From: Deltaproteobacteria bacterium
GTDB lineage: Bacteria; Myxococcota_A; UBA9160; SMWR01
Direction: 5' to 3'
NCBI GenBank assembly: GCA_031405455.1
Contig: JANNIY010000130.1
Span: 974 to 64,973 of the forward strand
Length of the DNA stretch: 64,000 nt
Both the position numbers and the translations under genes were made by a program. The notes beneath the pieces are model-generated. The model saw nothing but the letters and a program-made list of their open reading frames with translations. It did no database searches and had not been told where the DNA came from. This document shows, one piece after another, positions 58,579-64,000 of the stretch (the stretch's first letter is position 1; each line of letters begins with the position of its first letter).

Positions 58579-60393
58579 TCAGCGCTTTGGAAGGTAGAGA
58601 TCCGTGATCGTGCCCTCGGCGATCTCCGCTGCAAACGCGAGCGTCTCGGAGAGCGTCGGGTGCGGGTGGATCGATAGCGCGAGATCTGCGGCGTCGGCGC
58701 CCATTTCGAGCGCCAGCACGAGCTCGGCGATCAACTCGCCCGCGTTGCGCCCAACGATTCCCGCACCGACCAGGCGCCGGCTCCCCGCTTCGAACAACAG
58801 CTTCGTGACGCCCTCCTCGCGGCCGATGCCGAGGGCGCGCCCGCTCGCGAGCCACGGGAATACCGCTTTCTCCAGCGTCAGGCCGCGCTCCACAGCCTGC
58901 GCCTCGGAGAGTCCCATCCAGGCGACTTCGGGATCCGTGTAGGCCACGGACGGGATCGTGCGCGCGTCGAACGCGACTTTGTGTCCGGCGATCACCTCGG
59001 CGGCAACCCTGCCTTCGTGCGTCGCCTTGTGCGCGAGCATCGGCTCCCCCACCACGTCGCCGATCGCGAATACGTGGGGAACGTTCGTGCGCTGTTGCGC
59101 ATCGACCGGCACGAACCCCCGTTCGTCGACGTGTACGCCAGCGGCCGCGGCGTCGATGTCCCCGCCATTCGGGCGGCGTCCGATCGCGACGAGCACGCGC
59201 GCAAACACGTCCGAGTGCGGCGCCTTCGGACCTTCGAAAGTGACGTGCAGCCCGTCCTGGAGCGGCTCGATCGAGGTGACCTTCGTCGCGAGAAAGATGT
59301 TCTCGTACTGCTTTTCGATACGGCGCTGAAGCGGCTTCACCAGCTCGCGGTCGACGCCGGCGAGCAACTCCGGAAGCTGCTCGACGATCGTCACCCGCGA
59401 GCCCAGGGCCGAGAAGACCGCCGCCAGCTCGAGCCCGATGATCCCGCCGCCGATGACCAACAGGCGCTTCGGGATCTCCTCGAGTTGCAGAGCCGCGGTT
59501 GCATCCATGATGCGCGGATCGTCCGGGCTGCCGGGGAGGCGCAGCGCGTGCGAGCCCGCGGCGATGATCGCGTGCTCGAAAGCAACGCTCGTGGAACCTG
59601 CGGCGGTCTCGACGGCGAGTTCATGCGGCCCGACGAAGCGCCCGACGCCGCGCACGACCTTCACACCGCGACGTTTGGCGAGCCCGCTGAGTCCCGTCGT
59701 GAGACGCTGTACGACGGAATCCTTGCGCGAGCGCAGCTTCGCGAGATCGAGCCGCGGGGGCCCGAACTCGATGCCAGCGAGCGAGAGATCAGCCGCTTCT
59801 CGGATCACCTCGGCGAAATGCAGGAGCGTCTTCGAGGGAATGCAACCGACGTTCAGGCACACGCCGCCGAGATTCTCGTATCGCTCGACCAGCACCACGT
59901 CGAGCCCGAGATCGGCGGCTCGAAATGCGGCGGTGTAGCCGCCGGGACCCGCGCCCAGCACGACGACTCCCGTACGCCCAGCGCCCGCCGAGGCCGGGCG
60001 CGCAGGCTGCGACGCCCTCGGGGGGGCGGCCGCCCGCGACGACGCCGCCACGGCAAGCGATGCCGGCGGCGGAGCTGTCGCCTCCGGCGCCGTCGCGCGC
60101 TCGGGCGCCGCCGGCCCGCCCGCAGGCGCCGCCGGCTCGAGTCGCAGGATCAGCGAGCCCTGAGAAACGCGCCCGCCGACCGCGACGGCGAGCTCACGCA
60201 CGATGCCGGCACGCGGCGCCGGAATTTCCATCGTCGCCTTGTCGCTCTCGAGCGTGATCAGGGACTGATCGGCCGCCACGGCAGCGCCTGGCGAGACCAG
60301 CACCTCGATCACCTCGACGTCGCTGAAATCTCCGATGTCGGGAACCCGCACCTCGACCCACTCGTTCATGCGCACGTCCCCGGGCTGCGTCAC
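58579..60393 (-). CDS. lpdA: Dihydrolipoyl dehydrogenase (E3) with N-terminal lipoyl domain
   Basis: The lipoyl domain carries [11 protein letters not shown]. The FAD motif is [10 protein letters not shown], the redox disulfide [13 protein letters not shown] and the C-terminus HPHPTLSE. The GTG start overlaps the aceF stop (GTGA). Confidence 0.93.
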   Translation of the reverse strand: MTQPGDVRMNEWVEVRVPDIGDFSDVEVIEVLVSPGAAVAADQSLITLESDKATMEIPAPRAGIVRELAVAVGGRVSQGSLILRLEPAAPAGGPAAPERATAPEATAPPPASLAVAASSRAAAPPRASQPARPASAGAGRTGVVVLGAGPGGYTAAFRAADLGLDVVLVERYENLGGVCLNVGCIPSKTLLHFAEVIREAADLSLAGIEFGPPRLDLAKLRSRKDSVVQRLTTGLSGLAKRRGVKVVRGVGRFVGPHELAVETAAGSTSVAFEHAIIAAGSHALRLPGSPDDPRIMDATAALQLEEIPKRLLVIGGGIIGLELAAVFSALGSRVTIVEQLPELLAGVDRELVKPLQRRIEKQYENIFLATKVTSIEPLQDGLHVTFEGPKAPHSDVFARVLVAIGRRPNGGDIDAAAAGVHVDERGFVPVDAQQRTNVPHVFAIGDVVGEPMLAHKATHEGRVAAEVIAGHKVAFDARTIPSVAYTDPEVAWMGLSEAQAVERGLTLEKAVFPWLASGRALGIGREEGVTKLLFEAGSRRLVGAGIVGRNAGELIAELVLALEMGADAADLALSIHPHPTLSETLAFAAEIAEGTITDLYLPKR

Positions 60394-61721
60394 AGGATCA
60401 GATTGCGGATGTCGGCGAGGACGGCGCGCAGCCGGGTCGTGAAGCGCGCCGCCTCCGCTCCGTCGATCACGCGATGATCGTAGGAAAGCGAGAGCGGCAG
60501 CATCAGCCGCGGCTGGAAGGAGCCGTCGATCCAGACGGGTCGCTGTTGCGCGCGCGAGACGCCCAATACCGCGACCTCGGGCGCATTCACGATGGGCGTA
60601 AACGCCGTACCGCCGATGCCACCCAGGCTCGAGATCGAGAAGCAGCCGCCCGCGAGATCCTCGGGCCGTAGCCGTCGCGCGCGCGCCCGGCCACTCACCT
60701 CGGCGAGTTCGGCGGCGAGCGCGAGCAGCCCCTTGCGATCGACCTCGCGGATCACCGGGACGACCAGTCCGTGCTCGGTATCGACCGCGACACCGATGTG
60801 AAAGTACTTCTTGAGGATCAGGGCCTCGCCGCTGCGATCGAGCGAGCTGTTGAAGCGCGGAAACTCCTCGAGAGTCACCGCCACGGCTTTCAACAAGAAC
60901 GCCAGCAGCGTGAGCTTCACGGCCTTCGGGTTCGACTCCTGCGACTTCGACTGACGGAACGCCTCGAGATCCGTGACGTCGGCTTCGTCGAACTGGGTGA
61001 CGTGGGGGACGGTCACCCAGGAGCGGTGCAGGTTGCGCCCGGCAATGCGCCGGATGTTCGGCAGCTCGAGCACCTCGATCGGTCCGAACTTCGCGAAATC
61101 GATGTCGGGCGGCGGCGCGACCTGGAGCCCCAGCGGCGCCGGCGACGCGCCCCCTGCCAGCGCGGATTTCACGTACGCCTGCACGTCCTCGCTGCGAACG
61201 CGATGCTTGCGACCCGTTCCGGTGACACGCGAGAGATCGACGCCGAGTTCGCGCGCCAGCCGCCGAACCGAGGGGCTGGCGTGGGCGAGCGCGGCGCCCG
61301 GGGCCGCCTGCGCGGGCGCGTCCACGGCTTCCGCAGTGGCTTCGCGTGCGGGCGGCGGAACCGCCACTTCGCGCTGCTCGCGCGCTTGCGCGTCCGGAGG
61401 CGTCGGCACGGAAGCCGGAGACGGCCCCACGGCGCTTGCGATCGACGCCTGCGACGCAGGCGCGACGGCGGCTGCACTTTCGTCCACCTCGAGCGTCGCG
61501 ATCAGCGATCCCTCGTTCAGCTTGTCCCCGAGCGCGACGGCGAGCGCCTTCACCACGCCCGCCGTGGGAGACGGAATCTCCATCGTCGCCTTCTCGCTCT
61601 CGAGCGTGATGAGCGTCTGATCGACGCTCACGCGATCGCCGACGGCGACCAGCACCTCGATCACCTCCACGTCGTGGAAGTCGCCGATGTCGGGAACATT
61701 GACCTGTCGTTCGCTCGCCAC
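60390..61721 (-). CDS. aceF: Dihydrolipoyllysine-residue acetyltransferase (E2 of pyruvate dehydrogenase)
   Basis: Lipoyl domain [11 protein letters not shown] and E3-binding domain [15 protein letters not shown]. The catalytic domain contains [10 protein letters not shown]. Confidence 0.92.
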   Translation of the reverse strand: MASERQVNVPDIGDFHDVEVIEVLVAVGDRVSVDQTLITLESEKATMEIPSPTAGVVKALAVALGDKLNEGSLIATLEVDESAAAVAPASQASIASAVGPSPASVPTPPDAQAREQREVAVPPPAREATAEAVDAPAQAAPGAALAHASPSVRRLARELGVDLSRVTGTGRKHRVRSEDVQAYVKSALAGGASPAPLGLQVAPPPDIDFAKFGPIEVLELPNIRRIAGRNLHRSWVTVPHVTQFDEADVTDLEAFRQSKSQESNPKAVKLTLLAFLLKAVAVTLEEFPRFNSSLDRSGEALILKKYFHIGVAVDTEHGLVVPVIREVDRKGLLALAAELAEVSGRARARRLRPEDLAGGCFSISSLGGIGGTAFTPIVNAPEVAVLGVSRAQQRPVWIDGSFQPRLMLPLSLSYDHRVIDGAEAARFTTRLRAVLADIRNLIL

Positions 61722-61749
61722 GGGATCCTCTGCGGGAACCGGGATCGGA

Positions 61750-64000
61750 CTACACCGTCACCGGGTTCGGCTTCTTCGGGTCGAGGCCATAGCGCGCCAT
61801 CGCCGCGGTCACGCTCGCCGCCGGAATCTCACCTTCGTCCGCGAGCGCCTTCAGCGCCGCGAGCACGATCCAATGCCGGTCGACCTCGAAAAAATCCCGC
61901 AGCCGGCTGCGGGTATCGCTGCGGCCGAAGCCGTCCGTGCCGAGCACCTTGTAGCGCTGTGCGATGAAGGGGCGGATCTGGTCGGCGTGGGCGCGCATGT
62001 AGTCGGTCGCCGCGATCACCGGGCCGGGCCGTCCCGCGAGGCAGCGTTCGACCCAGCCCTGACGTGGCGCCTCTTCCGGGTGGAGCAGATTCCAGCGCTC
62101 ACAATCGAGGCCATCGCGGCGCAGCTCGTTCAGGCTCGTGCAGCTCCAGACGTCGGCCGCCACTTCCCAGTCGCTCTCGAGCAGCTCCGCCGCGGCGAGC
62201 ACCTCGCGCAGGATGGCGCCCGAGCCGAGCAGCTGGGTGCGGAGCTTCGGCCCGCCGCCGCGCCGGATTTCGTACATGCCGCGCACGATGCCTTCGCGCA
62301 CGCCTTCGGGCATCGGCGGGTGCACATAGTTCTCGTTCATCACGGTGACGTAGTAATAAACGTTCTCGTGATCGCGAACCATGCGCAGCAGCCCCTCGTG
62401 CAGGATCACCGCCAGCTCGTATGCGAACGTCGGGTCGTAGGCGCGGCAGTTCGGAATCGTCGACGCCAGGATGAAGCTGTGCCCATCCTGGTGCTGCAAA
62501 CCCTCTCCCGCGAGTGTCGTGCGCCCCGAGGTGCCGCCCAGCAGGAAGCCGCGCGCCTGGTTGTCGCCCGCAGCCCACGCGAGATCGCCGACGCGCTGGA
62601 AGCCGAACATCGAATAGAAGATGTAGAAGGGAATCATCTGCACGCCGTGGTTCGAATACGACGTGCCCGCGGCAATGAACGACGACATCGAGCCGGCCTC
62701 GGACAGACCTTCCTGAAGGATCTGACCTTCCCGGTGTTCGTGGTAGTACATCACCTGGTCGGCATCGACGGGATCGTAGAGCTGCCCGATCGAGGAGTAG
62801 ATGCCGAGCGTTCGAAAGAGCCCTTCCATCCCGAAGGTGCGCGCTTCGTCGGGAACGATCGGCACGACGTGCGGTCCGAGCTGCTTGTCGCGCGTGAGCG
62901 CCGTCAGCAGACGCACGAAGGCCATCGTGGTCGAAATCTCGCGTTCGCCCGAACCCTTCGCCTGCGCCTCGAAGATTTCGAAGCCGGGAACCTCGAGCGC
63001 GGGCGCGGAGCGGCGCCGGGCCGGCAGGTAGCCCCCAAGCGCTTCGCGCCGCTCGCGCATGTAGACCATCTCCGCGCTGTCCTCGGGCGGCTTGTAGAAG
63101 GGTGCGTCCATCAGCTTCGCGTCCGAGATCGGCAGCCGGTAGCGGTCGCGGAACTCGCGCAGCTCGTCCTCACTCATCTTCTTCATCTGGTGCGAGATGT
63201 TCACGCTCTCGCCGGACTTGCCGAGCCCGTAGCCCTTCACCGTCTTCGCGAGGATCACGGAAGGCTGGCCCGTGTGCTTCACCGCCGCCGCGTAGGCCGC
63301 GTAGACCTTCTGCGGGTCATGCCCGCCGCGGTTGAGCCCCCAGATGTCGTCGTCGCTCATGTTCGCGACCAGCTCGCGCAGCTGTGGATATTTTCCGAAG
63401 AAATGCTCGCGCGTGTAGGCGCCGCCCTTGGCCTTGTAGTTCTGGTAGTCGCCGTCGAGCGCCTCCTCCATGCGCTTGAGCAGCAGACCATGCTTGTCGC
63501 GCGCGAGCAGCGCGTCCCAGCCTCCCCCCCAGATCACCTTGATCACGTTCCAGCCGGCGCCGCGGAAGACGCCCTCGAGCTCCTGGATGATCTTGCCATT
63601 GCCGCGCACGGGGCCATCGAGGCGTTGCAGGTTGCAGTTCACGACGAAGATCAGATTGTCGAGCCGCTCGCGCCCGGCAAGCGAGATCGCGCCCAGCGAT
63701 TCCGGTTCGTCCATCTCGCCGTCGCCGCAGTAGCACCACACCTTGCGGCCTTCGGTGTCGACCGTACCGCGGCCTTGCAGGTAGCGCATGAAGCGCGCCT
63801 GGTAGATCGCCATATGGGGTCCCAGCCCCATCGACACCGTCGGGAACTGCCAGAAATCCGGCATCAGCCACGGGTGTGGATAAGAAGACAGCCCCTTGCC
63901 GCCGACTTCCTGGCGGAAGTTGTTCATCTGCTCCTCGGTGATACGGCCCTCGAGGTAGGCACGCGCATAGATGCCAGGCGCGGAATGCCCCTGGAAGTAA
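61750..64000 (-). CDS. aceE: Pyruvate dehydrogenase E1 component, homodimeric type (N-terminus beyond window edge)
   Basis: AceE-type sequence runs throughout (SSYPHPWLMPDFWQFPTVSMGLGP...). The frame stays open upstream of the track's ATG at 63927 to the window end (..YFQGHSAPGIYARAYLEGRITEEQMNNF..). Confidence 0.92.
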   Translation of the reverse strand, partial: YFQGHSAPGIYARAYLEGRITEEQMNNFRQEVGGKGLSSYPHPWLMPDFWQFPTVSMGLGPHMAIYQARFMRYLQGRGTVDTEGRKVWCYCGDGEMDEPESLGAISLAGRERLDNLIFVVNCNLQRLDGPVRGNGKIIQELEGVFRGAGWNVIKVIWGGGWDALLARDKHGLLLKRMEEALDGDYQNYKAKGGAYTREHFFGKYPQLRELVANMSDDDIWGLNRGGHDPQKVYAAYAAAVKHTGQPSVILAKTVKGYGLGKSGESVNISHQMKKMSEDELREFRDRYRLPISDAKLMDAPFYKPPEDSAEMVYMRERREALGGYLPARRRSAPALEVPGFEIFEAQAKGSGEREISTTMAFVRLLTALTRDKQLGPHVVPIVPDEARTFGMEGLFRTLGIYSSIGQLYDPVDADQVMYYHEHREGQILQEGLSEAGSMSSFIAAGTSYSNHGVQMIPFYIFYSMFGFQRVGDLAWAAGDNQARGFLLGGTSGRTTLAGEGLQHQDGHSFILASTIPNCRAYDPTFAYELAVILHEGLLRMVRDHENVYYYVTVMNENYVHPPMPEGVREGIVRGMYEIRRGGGPKLRTQLLGSGAILREVLAAAELLESDWEVAADVWSCTSLNELRRDGLDCERWNLLHPEEAPRQGWVERCLAGRPGPVIAATDYMRAHADQIRPFIAQRYKVLGTDGFGRSDTRSRLRDFFEVDRHWIVLAALKALADEGEIPAASVTAAMARYGLDPKKPNPVTV

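Noticed and set aside
1-64000. A search for CRISPR arrays, tRNA/rRNA genes, transposases, integrases, phage genes or toxin-antitoxin-like defence cassettes.
   Set aside because: I saw no regularly spaced direct repeats, no cloverleaf-sized conserved RNA in the short intergenic gaps, and no ORF with recombinase, transposase or phage hallmarks. Absence is by eye only and should be confirmed with tRNAscan, Infernal and HMM searches.

Overview
This is a high-GC chromosomal segment from a diderm bacterium. Lpp, OM porins, TonB systems and PEP-CTERM sorting are all present. I call about 65 protein genes. I recognised no rRNA, tRNA, CRISPR array, transposase or integrase. Many long ORFs in the track are antisense shadows typical of high-GC DNA and are ignored.

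Gene blocks, left to right:
(1) 0.2-5.4 kb: an NtrC-type sigma-54 activator, an OM beta-barrel, cytochrome c, a baeRF3-like protein, a small Zn-ribbon protein and a CBS protein.
(2) 5.5-7.3 kb: an Lpp-like lipoprotein with two L,D-transpeptidase-fold genes.
(3) 7.3-13.3 kb: a globin-coupled histidine kinase, a CBS protein, a split glnE and an amidohydrolase.
(4) 13.3-18.9 kb: a minus-strand stress cluster of CBS, beta-CASP MBL hydrolase, a CBS fusion, APH-like kinase/P-loop protein, USP and hemerythrin.
(5) 19.0-35.1 kb: a Pho region. It holds a collapsed phoBR duplicate, an SGNH hydrolase, phoB/phoR-like genes, ppk1, an orphan OmpR-type regulator, AraC, phoU-pstBACS and a porin.
(6) 35.3-47.4 kb: a seven-gene TonB2-type energiser, a large TonB-dependent receptor, a secreted beta-helix-like protein and a PEP-CTERM protein.
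(7) 47.5-58.5 kb: mixed metabolic and unknown genes, including a CxxCH / multi-Zn-ribbon / SPFH-GYF operon.
(8) 58.6-64.0 kb: lpdA-aceF-aceE, with aceE truncated by the window edge.

The most interesting signal is non-coding. Nine correctly spaced -24/-12 (sigma-54 type) promoter matches lie directly upstream of the CBS, USP, hemerythrin, beta-CASP and baeRF3-like genes, of the activator gene itself, and of a divergent operon pair at 51 kb. This suggests a sigma-54 stress or dormancy-like regulon, possibly driven by the globin-coupled kinase and the NtrC-type regulator.

Other notable points:
- a diverged duplicate of phoB-phoR in which both genes carry large in-frame internal deletions
- a split glnE
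- an Lpp / Ldt / YafK-like module with odd gene boundaries
- Pho-box-like 11-bp repeats
- a perfect CRP-type palindrome in an AT-rich island
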